A stretch of DNA of 45,806 nucleotides from Eledone cirrhosa. Lineage: Eukaryota. Each line of letters begins with the position of its first letter. Position 1 is the stretch's first letter. The translations under genes and the position numbers were made by a program. Of this stretch, positions 27,224 through 39,943 are shown piece after piece. The notes below the pieces were generated by a model. It was not told the DNA's origin, searched no databases, and saw only the letters and a list, made by a program, of their open reading frames with translations. The stretch is taken from contig CAXHJY010000399.1 in the NCBI GenBank assembly GCA_964016885.1, positions 1 to 45,806 of the forward strand, written 5' to 3'.

Positions 27224-27553
27224 AATATGGTTTTATAAATATAGTTTCCATTTATTTAATATTGTAAATATACTCCAAAAACTTGTCGAGTGCTTTTATA
27301 TCAGTTATAAATATTTACTAGTTGTAACCCAACAATTTAAATATAACTTTCCATGTATATAATATCTATATATATATATAATATATATATACATATATAT
27401 AATTATTTATATATACATATATATCTAATATATATATATATATATAAATATAATATATATATATACATATAATATATATATATACATATATATAATTATA
27501 TATACATACATATATATACATATATATAATTATATATATATATATATATATAC

Positions 27554-27594
<41 letters not shown>

Positions 27595-27637
27595 TATATA
27601 TATATACATATATATAATATATATATATATATATATA

Positions 27638-30600
27638 ATCATCATCATCATCATCATCATTTTACATCCGCTTCTCCTTGCTTGCAAGGGTGGGACGGGT
27701 CTTATTCAGCACAGCATCTCTCCACTCGTCATGGTCCCTCGTCATCTCCACCGTGAGCTTCAATGATCTGAGGTCTGTTCTCACCACCTCCGCCCATGTT
27801 TTTCGTGGTCTACCTCTACCACGTCTTCCTTCAACTGGCATTTCCTGGCACTTCTTCACCCATCGGTCATCCTCCATGTCCATACCACCTCAGTCTCCTC
27901 TCCCGTACATTACATTCTATCCCTCTCAGACACAGTTTCTCTCTCAACACATTTATGCTGGGTCGTTCACGCACATTTACACTGCACATCCAACGGAGCA
28001 TGCTTGCCTCATTTCTCTCCAGCCGTCGCATATCCTCTGCAGTTGCTGCCCATGTCTCACTACCATGCAGCATCGCGCTCCTCACACAGGCATCATACAA
28101 CCGGCCTTTCATACGCAGGGAGAAACCCTTCTTCGTCAACAGAGGAAGCAGCTCCCTAAACTTCTTCCAACCCGTCCTTATTCTAGATACTATGGCCTCG
28201 GAACACCCTCCTCCCATGCTAATCTGATCTCCTAGGTACCGGAAGCTATCCACCACTTCTATAGCGCCCTCTCGCATTTGAAAAATGTGTCTATCAGTGC
28301 GACTTCTACTGTCTAATTTCCCTGTACATCTACTGCATACATATTTCTCCCTACCTGTTAGTTTGCCTGCTATCCCGCTACATCTCTTGTGTACCCAGGA
28401 GCTGCATTGTGTGCATTTTATAGAATTTATGCCAGTTCCTTTTCTGCATATCGAACATGGCCATTTCCCTGACGGAATCAGGGTTTTGTCCTCTTTTCTA
28501 CTCATCAACACTTTTGTCTTAGCTAGATTTACTGTCAGTCCTCTTGCTTCCAACTGCTGTTTCCATAGCCGGAATTTATTCTCTAGCTCCTCTATTGATT
28601 CTGCTATAAGAGCCAGATCGTCAGCATAGAGAAGTTCCCATGGACAGCCAGTCTTAAACTCCTCTGTTATGGCTTGGAGGACTATAATGAACAAGAGCGG
28701 GCTGAGGACCGAACCCTGATGTACTCCTACTTGTATCTGGAATTCCTTACTAAACTCCATTCCTACCCTGACTTTACTGAGAGTACCTCTGTACAAAGTT
28801 TGCACTGTCCTCACAAGCCATTCCTCAACACCTAGCTTCCTTAGGGACCACCAGATGACAGATCGGGGTACCCTATCAAAGGCCTTCTCTAGGTCAACAA
28901 AGGCTAAGTATAGTGGCTTATTCTTCTCTAAGAACCTCTCTTGCATTTGTCTCACCAAGAAGAGGGCATCTGTTGTACTCTTCCCAGGCACAAAACCAAA
29001 CTGCATCTCATCTAGTTTGACCCTTTCTCTAATTAGTTGTGCTAAAATCCTTTCTGCCACTTTCATAACCTGATCTATCAGTTTTATACCCCTATAATTG
29101 CTCCTCTCCAAAGCATCCCCTTTACCTTTGTAGCAATTTATGAGAATACTGCTGCACCAGTCTTTGGGTATGACACCACCATATATAGCCTGATTGATGA
29201 TGCGTGCAACCAGTTTAGTGCCTACGTCCCCTGATGCCTTCAGCATCTCAGCAACTATTCCCGATGGTCCGGCCGCCTTACCATTTTTCATTTCCCTAAT
29301 CGCCTCTTGGACCCTATATTCGTCAATCTCAATAGCTGGTCCCTCTGTCGGATCTACCAAGGGTAATTTCTCTCTCTCCCATTCGTTCTCCACATTCATC
29401 AGTCTCTCATAATGACATTTCCAGGCCTCCTTTTTCTGGTCATTCGTGACACTAAGTACACCGGCATCATCCCGGACACATTTATCTCCAACAACATCCT
29501 GATTTGCATTGACACACTGCCTTGCAATGTGGAACACTGCACGCCTCTGATCTTCCCGTCGCAGAACATTGGCAAACCTCCTACTCTCTGCCCCCCTGCG
29601 TGCTAAGTACACCTGACGTCTAGCTTCTCTCTTAGTGGCTGTATATTCTTCCCTACTCCCACCCTTTTTCCAAGCCTTCCATGCTAGTCTTTTGTCTCTA
29701 ATAGCCTTATCTACTGTGCTGTTCCACCACCAGGTCACGCTCTGTCTGGTTGGAGCTCTGCTCCAGCCACAGGTTTCATCAGTAGCCTGCAGCAAGTTGT
29801 CACGTAAGAACTTCCAGTTATTATCTATGTCATACGTCTCTAAATTGTCTTCTTTTTCGTCATATACATCTTGAAGGGCTTTCCTAAATTTGTATTTTAG
29901 TGAAAGGTCTTTTAGCTTCCAGACCTTTCTTCTCCACACCTTCCTATATGTCTCATTCCATCTCTTGCTTACTGAGATATCACTAACAACTAACCTATGC
30001 TGTGGAGTACATTCTTCCCCAGGGTATGCCTTGGTATTAGACACTATCTGCCTGTCCCGCTGCCAAACTAGCAGGAAGTCAATCTGGCTTATGTGCTCAC
30101 CAGATTTGTAGGTTATTATGCGATTGGCAGGTTTCTGGAAGTTTGCGTTGCAAATAGTCAATGTACTCGCATCACAAAATTCAAGAAGTCTCACTCCTTC
30201 TTCATTTCTTGAACCGTAACCGTGCCCACCATGTACCCCAGTGTAACCATCCTGGAGCTGTCCAACATGACCATTGAAGTCTCCTGCTAGCATAACGATG
30301 TCTCCGTCCTCTGTCATTGTGGTTGTTTGCAAAAGTTGCTCATAAAAGCAGTCTTTCTCATCTTTGCCTAGGCCTGCTTGGGGAGCATAGACCGAGATGA
30401 TTGTCAGTAGTCTCCTACCTACAACTAATCTAAGCTTAATTATTCGATTACTAACTCAAACTACCTCTATTGTCTTATTGATCCATTTCTCAGCCAGGAA
30501 AATGCCTACTCCCCTTAACCCATCATCCTTACCTACCCAGAATAGCTTATAGCTAAGAGGCTTGCCTACAACTAGTCTCGCAGAGGCACCTCTCCATCCC

Positions 30601-30860
30601 ACCTCTTGCACGCAGCACACATCCACCTGCCTTCTCTCCAGCATCTCCGCTATTTCAGCAGATCTACCTCTGAGAGTGCCAACATTAAGTGTTGCAACTC
30701 TGAGATGCGACGTCTTCATATTTTGTTGTTGTTCCTATGCTGTTTTGTTGCTGTGCTGATAAGCTTTTTGGCATTGATACACTGGTTGGATGCCCTTCCT
30801 AACACCAGCGCCACTTTACAGCATGGACTGGGTGCTTTTATTTGTGCCACCAGCACTAGA
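27638..30860 (-). mobile_element. RTE-clade LINE, near full length, frameshifted, (GAT)n tail
   Basis: Minus-strand APE-RT homologous to 17902-21021; tail (ATC)n at 27638-27660; 5'-UTR motif at 30781-30856. Confidence 0.92.
27662..30719 (-). pseudogene. RTE ORF (APE + RT + PHD-type finger) with two frameshifts
   Basis: ORF pieces 30456-30719, 27867-30332 and 27662-27883 are collinear with the intact RTE; breaks near 30460 and 27885. Confidence 0.9.
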
Positions 30861-30939
30861 GAGGATGTCTTACTAGACTCAAGGGCCCTCTCTACCCCTC
30901 CATTTTACAGCATGGTCATAAAAAAAAAAAATAAAAAAA

Positions 30940-31630
30940 ACACACACACACACAAACACTCACACACCAATACACATGCATACAAACCACAACCACACAT
31001 ACCAACACTCATTCATGCATACAATCACACACACCACTCACAAACACATATATATACATATATTACCGACAGTACTGATACAAAATCAAAATCGTCAAAA
31101 TCACTATCATGTCAACTGTTGACCTTTCCCAGTCCAGTTCAGCTTGTATATAATAATAACAATAATAACTGTTTGCTTTACGCTGGTAATGGCGGTGGTG
31201 GATGGTGTCAGTGTGGTGGTGGTGGATGGTATCAGCGTGGTGGTGGTCGATCGTCAGTGATGGTGGTGGCAGTTGTTGGTGCTGTAGTTGTTGTTGTTGT
31301 TCTTCATTTCACTGCTGCTGTTGCTGCAGACAATGGTGTTGATGCTGTTATTGCTGTTGCATATATGCAAACACACACATACACACACATTCAACACAGA
31401 CGATGGTGTTGTTGCTGGTGGTGCTGTTGTTGTTATAGTTGTTGCTGTGTTGAAATCTGGTCGCATCCACTGAGATATACCTATACACACACATACACAT
31501 ATGTATATACACATACATACATCAAAAGAGAGTCAGCAGTATGTCAACAGGGGACAGGACAGCGACCTTAGAGTAATGTGGTGATGGTGGGGGGGGGGAG
31601 TGTAGGCGTTATTGTTATTGTGATGACGGG
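30940..31630. repeat. Low-complexity (CA)n/(GGT)n/(GTT)n region
   Basis: Mixed simple repeats. Confidence 0.75.
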
Positions 31631-31770
31631 GGGTCAGTAAGTTCATAGATCACTTCTCTCTTTTCCTCTCTCTTCAAAATTTTTTGAATTTATGGCCTTT
31701 TGCAATGGCGGACAAGTATATATAATATATATATATGAAGCAAAGAAAAGAAAATTTTCACTGATACGGA

Positions 31771-32077
31771 AGATTTCCTGGTAGAAGTTCAGGTGTATTC
31801 AGTGATTGGTATCCAGTTTTGGGGTATCCAATTAGAAAATCCAACGAATCTTTAAGAGGGGTCCACGCAAGCATTGATATATATATGTATATATGTAAAA
31901 TGCAAGCAGAAATAACAACGAAAGATTTCCTGGTAGAAGTTCAGGTGTATTCAGTGTTGGTATCCAGTCTCGGGGTATCCAATTAGAAAATCCAACGAAT
32001 TTTTGAGAGGGGTCCACGCAAGCATATACATAGATACATATATGTATATATGCAAAATGCAAGCAGAAATAACAACA
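31771..32077. repeat. Two-copy ~152-bp tandem duplication, unclassified
   Basis: AGATTTCCTGGTAGAAGTTCAGGTGTATTCAGTG...AAATGCAAGCAGAAATAACAAC occurs twice. Confidence 0.85.
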
Positions 32078-32421
32078 CATATACTAATGAACATACATTA
32101 AACACAGAGGGACTGTAAATGATAATAGCAATATCTAGATATAAATATAAATGTACATATCTCTATTGGTCTCATAAATTTTCTCTTTCCTCTTGTATGT
32201 GTGTAGCAACACGTGGTTGTGTGTTGCTGCAGACTCTAGCAGAGCCCCCCAAAACAAAACAAAATATATATATATATATATATTAAAAAAAATATATATA
32301 TATATATATATATTAAAAAAAATATATATATATAAAAAATATATATATAAAAAAAATATATATATATATATATAAAAAAAAAAATTATATATATATATAT
32401 ACATATATATTATATATATAC

Positions 32422-32461
<40 letters not shown>

Positions 32462-32480
32462 TCTATATATATATAATATA

Positions 32481-32546
32481 CGTTATTCCGGGTTGAATCG
32501 GAGGTAACCACAGTAAGTAAGGTACTCAATACATAGCAGAGTATAA
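32481..32546 (-). mobile_element. 66-bp terminal fragment of the 7931-8123 family inside (TA)n
   Basis: Reverse complement of about 8058-8122 with ~1 mismatch. Confidence 0.8.
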
Positions 32547-32594
32547 AAGTCATATATCTATATATATATACATATATATATATATTATATATAC

Positions 32595-32710
<116 letters not shown>

Positions 32711-32770
32711 AAATATTAAAAAAATAATGAATAAAACAAAGAAACAGTTCCTTATATTAAACAAAAAAAG

Positions 32771-32912
32771 TTCATTATTTAACGATCGTTTCTAGGACAT
32801 ATATGTGTTAGAATTGGCATGCATATTCAAAAGATCTATGTACAAAATTATACAAACTATCAAGGAGATATACATACCATCACATATATATGCTGTCTTC
32901 AGAAATAATGAA
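32771..32912 (-). ncRNA. Type I hammerhead motif with ~100-nt stem II insertion (left arm)
   Basis: UUCAUUAUUU-CUGAAGA-[CAG CAUAUAUAUGUG...CACAUAUAUG UC CUA]-GAAA-CGAUCG-UU-AAAUAAUGAA. Perfect 10-bp stem I and palindromic stem III. Confidence 0.65.
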
Positions 32913-34337
32913 GTATATTTATTGATAATAACAATTCAAAATTACAGGTCTGTTTGGGAACAGATTTTAAATAGACCAATGAAATACATAAAAATTCATC
33001 AAGAAAATACAGTTAGGTGTGTGTATATATGTAAGTAACTTCGTTCACAGATATGCATAAAAATGTATGTTCACATGCATACGCATGTCGAAAAAGTGTA
33101 TGTAAATATAAAAATTTAGGGTTAATGTCTCTGTATGTTTATAATCCACAGACAAAATATACATACATATACATATATATATATACATACATATATACAC
33201 ACATATACACACATTCATACACACACACGCATATATACATAAACACACACATACCTACGAACACACATACATATATACACACACACACACACATACGTAT
33301 ATATTATTATTATAACTATATGGATATTGAGGCGCACACATAAACACGGCCACACACACTTACATTTAGATGCAGAATTCAAAGGAGGTAAGGGAGTAAG
33401 TAATTAAAGGAGAGTGTCAAAACTCAGCATATTTATAAAAATGTATCTATAAAGTTAGAAATAAAAAGAAATATAATAAAAGAAATATAATAAAAACATA
33501 AAAGAACATAAAAGAGACATAAAATATACATGCTTATATACATACGCACATTTACACATCCATACGTTCGATACATACATACGTACAAACACACACATAC
33601 TTAACCTCACGCATATTAACCTGTTTGTATGCATATACATAAAAACAAGTAAAACATATACTCATACATATAAATACACACCGATATATATATATATACA
33701 CATACACACAGCACATATATGTACACACACATACATACACATACATATATATATATACACACATATATATACACACACACACATACCTATACATATATAT
33801 ACATACACACACATACCCATGTACACACAACCACACACACACGCAGACATACATAAATATAGAGACATACATACACACATATATATACATATATATATAT
33901 AAAAAAATATAAATAAATACAGTCAGACAATTATGCACATATATACACATACATACACACATCTCTACAAATACATATACATACACATACATACATACAC
34001 ACATATATATATATATATATACACTCATTTACATGCGTACATATGTATTTTTATACTCACATACAAACACACAAACATACATACATACTTACATACACAT
34101 ACATACATCCACGCTTACAAATACGAATAATTATGGGGGGGGGGGATTAAAATTATTAGTGGGAAATAGTAAATATAGGTTTCAAGGAACATCGAATATT
34201 AATCTGCATTTAAATCATATGTGTTTACATAGTAGTGTCAGTATCAGGAAATGGTATTTGTAAGAAAGAAGGCTAAATTATGCATTTTAATATAAGTAGA
34301 CTATTAATTATAGGTTAATTAAAGTAAAAATAAGGAT

Positions 34338-34991
34338 AATATAGCTAAAAAAATTTTTAATATCCTAGAGAAAAACTTCCCGCCAAACCACAAATACCAT
34401 CAAATCTTAAATAGATCAACAGTTAAATTCTCATACTCAACAACCAAAAACATAAAACAAAATATAAGTGCCTATAATGCATATAAATGTAAAAAACCCA
34501 TAAGTATACCACCAATACATCAAACTAACCATAATATCTCCTCAAATACAGAATTAACGAAAGGTTGTAACTGTAGAAACAAAGCAAACTGCCCATTAAA
34601 AGGAAATTGTCTTGTTAACAACATAGTTTATAAATGTAAAGTTAAAACTAAAGATTCTATTTGCTCATATATAGGAGCTACTTCTAACAATTTTAAGGTA
34701 AGGTTTAATACCCACAAACATAGTTTTAAAAATGCCGCACTGGCTAATACAACATCTCTAGCAGAAAAAATTAATAGTTATAGAAATAAGAATATAGAAT
34801 ATGATATGACCTGGAGTGTGCTCAAAAGAGCCACCCCTTATCAAAATAATAGAAATGAATGTAGATTGTGTTCCCAAGAACTATTTGAAATAATGAAATC
34901 TAAGGATATCCTATTAAATAAGCGACAGGAATTAATTATATCGTGTAATCATAAACTGAGAAAAACATTTAAATATTATAAACCTAATTAA
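34338..34991 (+). pseudogene. 5'-truncated PLE ORF: linker + GIY-YIG endonuclease (open frame, no start)
   Basis: Manual translation: NIAKKIFNILEKNFPPNHKYHQILNRSTVKFSYS...GCNCRNKANCPLKGNCLVNNIVYKC...SYIGATSNNFKVRFNTHKHSF...ECRLCSQE...LNKRQELIISCNHK. Confidence 0.9.
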
Positions 34992-35790
34992 TAATATATA
35001 TTTTAGAAATTAATATATAAATTAATTTAAATGTAGTTAACCTATAATTTTAATTTAATTAAAATTCTACTACAGATGAAATTAAAAAATATCGTATAAT
35101 CATAAACTGTGAAAAACTTTTAAATATTATTAACATAATTAATATATACTTTGGAAATTAATATATAGATTAATTTTAGTTTATTTAACCTTTTATTAAA
35201 ATTCCTTTACAGATGAAATATAACAAAATATCGTGTAATCAATAACAGAGAAATACTTTTTAATATTATAAACCTAATTAATATACAATTTAGAAATTAA
35301 TTTATAAATTAATTTTAATTTAGTTAACCTATAATTTTAATTTAGTTAGCTTAAAATTAAAATACAGATGGATTGCAGAATATCGTGTAATCATAAACTG
35401 AGAAAAACTTTTAAATATATACCTAATTAATATATTCTTTACAAATAAATATATAGATTAATTTTAATTTAGTTAACCTATAATTATATTCTACTATAGA
35501 TATAATACAAAATTTTGCTTTAATTATTATAAACCTAATTAACATATACTATAAAAATTAATATATAATTTTTAATTTAGTTAACCTATAATTAATATTC
35601 TACTACCGATGAAATACTTAATTTGGCTTTCCCTATTACAAAATTCATTTCCTAAAATTGATACCATCATGTTAATATTTTTAATTTAGTTATGCTATAA
35701 TTAATACTCTACTACTGTTTAACTTCAAAATTCCGCTTTAAATATTATAAACCTAAGTAGTATACACCTTAGAAATTAATATATTAACTA
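34938..35790 (+). repeat. Degenerating ~140-150-bp tandem repeat starting in the last PLE codons
   Basis: ATATCGTGTAATCATAAACTGAGAAAAAC...AGTTAACCTATAATT recurs near 34938, 35089, 35228 and 35380, then decays. Confidence 0.75.
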
Positions 35791-36218
35791 TTTTTACTTT
35801 AATTAACCTATAATTAATAGTCTACTTATATTAAAATGCATAATTTAGCCTTCTTTCTTACAAATACCATTTCCTAATACTGACACTACTATGTAAACAC
35901 ATATTATGATTTAAATGCAGATTAATATTCTATGTTCCTTGAAACCTATATTTACTATTTCCCACTAATAATTGTAATCCCCCCCCCATAATTATTCGTA
36001 TTTGTAAGCGTGGATGTATGTATGTGTATGTAAGTATGTATGTATGCTTGTGTGTTTGTATGTGAGTATAAAAATACATATGTGCGCATGTAAATAAGTG
36101 TGTATGAGTGTATATATATATATATATGTATATATATGTGTATGTATGTGTATGTATATGTATTTGTAGAGATGTGTGTATATATGTGCATAATTGTCTG
36201 ACTGTGTGTATTTATTTA

Positions 36219-36271
<53 letters not shown>

Positions 36272-37262
36272 GTGTGTATGTATGTCTCTATATTTATGTA
36301 TGTCTGAGTGTGTGTGTGTGTGTGGTTGTGTGTATATATACATGGGTATGTGTGTGTATGTATATATATGTATAGGTATGTGTGTGTGTGTATATATATG
36401 TGTGTATATATATGTGTATATATATATATATATATGTGTATGTATGTGTGTGTACATATATGTATATATGTGTGCTGTGTGTATGTGTATATATATATAT
36501 ATATATATCGGTGTGTATTTATATGTATGAGTATATGTTTTACTTGTTTTTATGTATATGCATACAAACAGGTTAATATGCGTGAGGTTAAGTATGTGTA
36601 TGTGTGTGTGTGCACGTATGTATGTATCGAACGTATGGATGTGTAAATGTGCGTATGTATATAAGCATGTATATTTTATGTCTCTCTTTTATGTTTTTTG
36701 ATGTTTTTATTATATTTCTTTTTATTTCTAACTTTATAGATACATTTTTATAAACATGCTGAGTTTTGACACTCTCCTTTAATTACTTACTCCCTTACCT
36801 CCTTTGAATTCTGCATCTAAATGTAAGTGTGTGTGGCCGTGTTTATGTGTGCGCCTCAATATCCATATAGTTATAATAATAATATATACGTATGTGTGTG
36901 TGTGTGTATATATATATGTATGTGTGTGTTTATGTATATATGCGTGTGTGTGTATGAATGTGTGTATATGTGTGTATATATGTATGTATATATATATATG
37001 TATATGTATGTATATTTTGTCTGTGGATTATAAACATACAGAGACATTAGCCCTAAATTTTTATATTTACATACACTTTTTCGACATGCGTATGCATGTG
37101 AACATACATTTTTATGCATATCTGTGAACGAAGTTACTTACATATATACACACACCTAACTGTATTTTCTTGATGAATTTTTATGTATTTCATTGGTCTA
37201 TTTAAAATCTGTTCCCAAACAGACCTGTAATTTTAAATTGTTGTTATTATCAATAAATATAC

Positions 37263-37521
37263 TTCATTATTTCTGAAGACACCGCCGAGGTTGACTTTGC
37301 CTTTCATCCTTATTGGGTCGATAAAATAAAGTACCAGTATGCACTCTGGGTAATTGCTGGCCTTGTGCCTAAAGTAGAAACAATTATTTCTGAAGACAGC
37401 ATATATATGTGATGGTATGTATATCTCCTTGATAGTTTGTATAATTTTGTACATAGATCTTTTGAATATGCATGCCAATTCTAACACATATATGTCCTAG
37501 AAACGATCGTTAAATAATGAA
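37263..37521 (+). ncRNA. Right-arm copy of the long-stem II hammerhead, interrupted by a SINE
   Basis: Same motif as 32771-32912; the core CUGAAGA is duplicated by the SINE target-site duplication. Confidence 0.55.
37282..37382 (+). mobile_element. 5'-truncated SINE with 16-bp target-site duplication
   Basis: GCCGAGGTTGACTTTGCCTTTCATCC...GGCCTTGTGCCTAAAGTAGAAA, flanked by ATTATTTCTGAAGACA at 37266-37281 and 37383-37398. The left arm has the empty site. Confidence 0.88.
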
Positions 37522-37736
37522 CTTTTTTTGTTTAATATAAGGAACTGTTTCTTTGTTTTATTCATTATTTTTTAAATATTTTATCTTGACTCTGTATTCC
37601 GTTTATCTTTCACCGAAAGTGATTTTTTAATGCATCTCTTCTTTCCACGATATCCGGATTACATTGAGTTCTTCATACGGATTGGACACTACCGTAAACT
37701 TTTGGTAGATTTATCTATATATATAATATATATATA

Positions 37737-38005
37737 CCTCCTTTATACCATAAACGTGGTTCTGTCATTGCGTGTAATTGTTTTTCACCGCGCCTATTAA
37801 TGACGTATTATTCGTTTTTTCCCGTTCTTTGCCAGCGAACGTTTCCACGAACCAAAGTATCGTCTTCCTGTCTTCCTCCGGTTGCAACGTTTTTTGAAAT
37901 ATCCAGTTCTGCGTTTACAGATTGACCTTGTTAGTTTCAGAAGATCCCGTTAAGGGTGAAAGCAGCGATTCTTTGCTTAAACTTTAATCTGTTATTTTAA
38001 TAAAT
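37737..38005 (+). mobile_element. Short island with a degenerate hammerhead core
   Basis: CAGAAGA-U-CCC(GUUAA)GGG-U-GAAA at 37938-37961, one substitution from CUGAAGA; AATAAA at the end; TA-flanked. Confidence 0.35.
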
Positions 38006-38048
38006 ACATATATATAATATATATATATATATATATAATATATATATA

Positions 38049-38081
<33 letters not shown>

Positions 38082-38083
38082 TA

Positions 38084-38396
38084 CAGTTCCTCAGTGAGTT
38101 AACAACCAAACAAGGAACTGGGCATATCAGAGTATTGACAATATTATACACCTAAACAACATATGTACTTGTCTATACCATACTAATTCAAACTGCCTGA
38201 AGAGGTCACAGCCAAAGGTGGCTGTCACTGAAATATATATAGCAGTAATAAACGAAGCTAAATTTTAATCATTTGACTTTTATTTAACTTTATTTTACAC
38301 TACTCCGGAGTAACCAAACCAACCTGAGCACTTCGTCGAGTGCTCCAGCCTGCATACTGAGGTGTTGGTATACAACCAACATAAACTCAAAATCTC
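38084..38396 (+). mobile_element. ~310-bp pseudo-LTR-like/non-autonomous HHR element
   Basis: Hammerhead + AATAAA. The tail shares TACTCC, GTCGAGTGCT and GTTG...CCAACA motifs with the 27270-27335 PLE end. TA-flanked. Confidence 0.7.
38192..38246 (+). ncRNA. Type I hammerhead ribozyme
   Basis: ACUGC-CUGAAGA-GGUCACAGCCA(AAGG)UGGCUGUCACU-GAAA-UAUAUA-UA-GCAGU, immediately followed by AAUAAA. Confidence 0.8.
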
Positions 38397-38469
38397 TATA
38401 TATATATACATATACATATATATATATATATACATATATATACATATATATATATATATACATATATAT

Positions 38470-38511
<42 letters not shown>

Positions 38512-38514
<3 letters not shown>

Positions 38515-38833
38515 TAACAACATCGAAACTAGTCCAATATTCCTTGTCTGGCTTTCTGGAGAATAGAGGAAAGGTGCTTCCTCAAAAACCAGTATGACTC
38601 TAAAAACCGGTTTGTCTGTGTGTTTACATACAGAATAGCTGGACACTCACAGTAAAGTGACCAGTGAAAAACTCGGTACATCTACATATGTACACGTGTG
38701 TGTATTCATATGCATACTAGTATTTCAGTATAATATGTGGATGTACATTTTTAACTTAATTGTTTAAGCGTCAGTCATACAAAAGTGAGTTACAAACGAA
38801 ACGAAATTTAATTTCGTTTCGTTATTTGTTTTT
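38512..38833 (+). mobile_element. Non-coding element starting inside a hammerhead; resembles the 8255-8720 family
   Basis: Begins ...CGAAA-CUAG-UC (same stem III as 8559-8601). Ends in hairpin AACGAAACGAAATT..AATTTCGTTTCGTT, similar to the GAAATGAAATTTCGTTTTC end of the 8255 element. Confidence 0.45.
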
Positions 38834-38955
38834 ATATATATACATATATACATATATATATACATATACATATATACATATATATATACATATATACATA
38901 TATATATATACATATATACATATATATATACATATACATATATACATATATATAC

Positions 38956-39024
<69 letters not shown>

Positions 39025-39105
39025 CATATATATATACATATATATATATATACATATATATATACATATATATATATATATACATATATATACATATATA
39101 TATAC

Positions 39106-39184
<79 letters not shown>

Positions 39185-39199
39185 CATATATATATATAC

Positions 39200-39230
<31 letters not shown>

Positions 39231-39454
39231 CATATATATACATATATACATATATATATATACATATATACATATATATACATATATACATATATATATA
39301 TACATATATACATATATATATATACATATATGAATATAGACATAGAATATTCGAAAATATTCTGTATGTTTATAATAAACATTTTGAAGACCTAATCGCT
39401 ATAGAATAGAATACGTCACGTATTACAATTAGATTCTCGATAAAAGCAAGGGAA

Positions 39455-39497
39455 GTAATCTACGCGTTTCATTCTTTTTAGAAATCATCAGGACTAC
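39455..39497 (-). ncRNA. Minimal type I hammerhead ribozyme (inverted block)
   Basis: Reverse complement of 39901-39943. Confidence 0.85.
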
Positions 39498-39900
39498 ATA
39501 TCCAGTGCTTTTATCGAGAATGACACAGCTAGAGACTTATAGAATACTTAGCTGTGTACAGGAACTGGTTTGAAAGAGCGGTTGCCGGTCCGGCAGAAAT
39601 TAGAAATTGGAATAAATGCTCTGAAATAGCGATATATATGTGAATATAGACATAGAATATTCGAAAATATTCTGTATGTTTATAATAAACATTTTGAAGA
39701 CCTAATCGCTATAGAATAGAATACGTCACGTATTACAATTAGATTCTCGATAAAAGCAATATATATCGCTATTTCAGAGCATTTATTCCAATTTCTAATT
39801 TCTGCCGGACCGGCAACCGCTCTTTCAAACCAGTTCCTGTACACAGCTAAGTATTCTATAAGTCTCTAGCTGTGTCATTCTCGATAAAAGCACTGGATAT

Positions 39901-39943
39901 GTAGTCCTGATGATTTCTAAAAAGAATGAAACGCGTAGATTAC
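39901..39943 (+). ncRNA. Minimal type I hammerhead ribozyme, copy 1
   Basis: GUAGUC-CUGAUGA-U-UUCU(AAAA)AGAA-U-GAAA-CGCG-UA-GAUUAC. Palindromic stem III ACGCGU; predicted cut after 39937. Confidence 0.87.

Larger units (their letters stand above)
22951..27354. mobile_element. Palindromic (tails-out) Penelope-like element, Hydra-type endonuclease
   Basis: Arm 22951-24728 is the near-identical reverse complement of 25492-27265, with spacer 24729-25491. The plus arm extends to 27354. Both ends lie in (TA)n. Confidence 0.9.

Noticed and set aside
30606-31571. 321-aa ORF
   Set aside because: It is antisense to the RTE 5' end and then runs through simple repeats (poly-N/G/V/C); no domain.
31640-32260. 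Possible host exon in non-TA sequence
   Set aside because: It contains a 152-bp tandem duplication and no convincing ORF or splice pattern; unclassified repeat.
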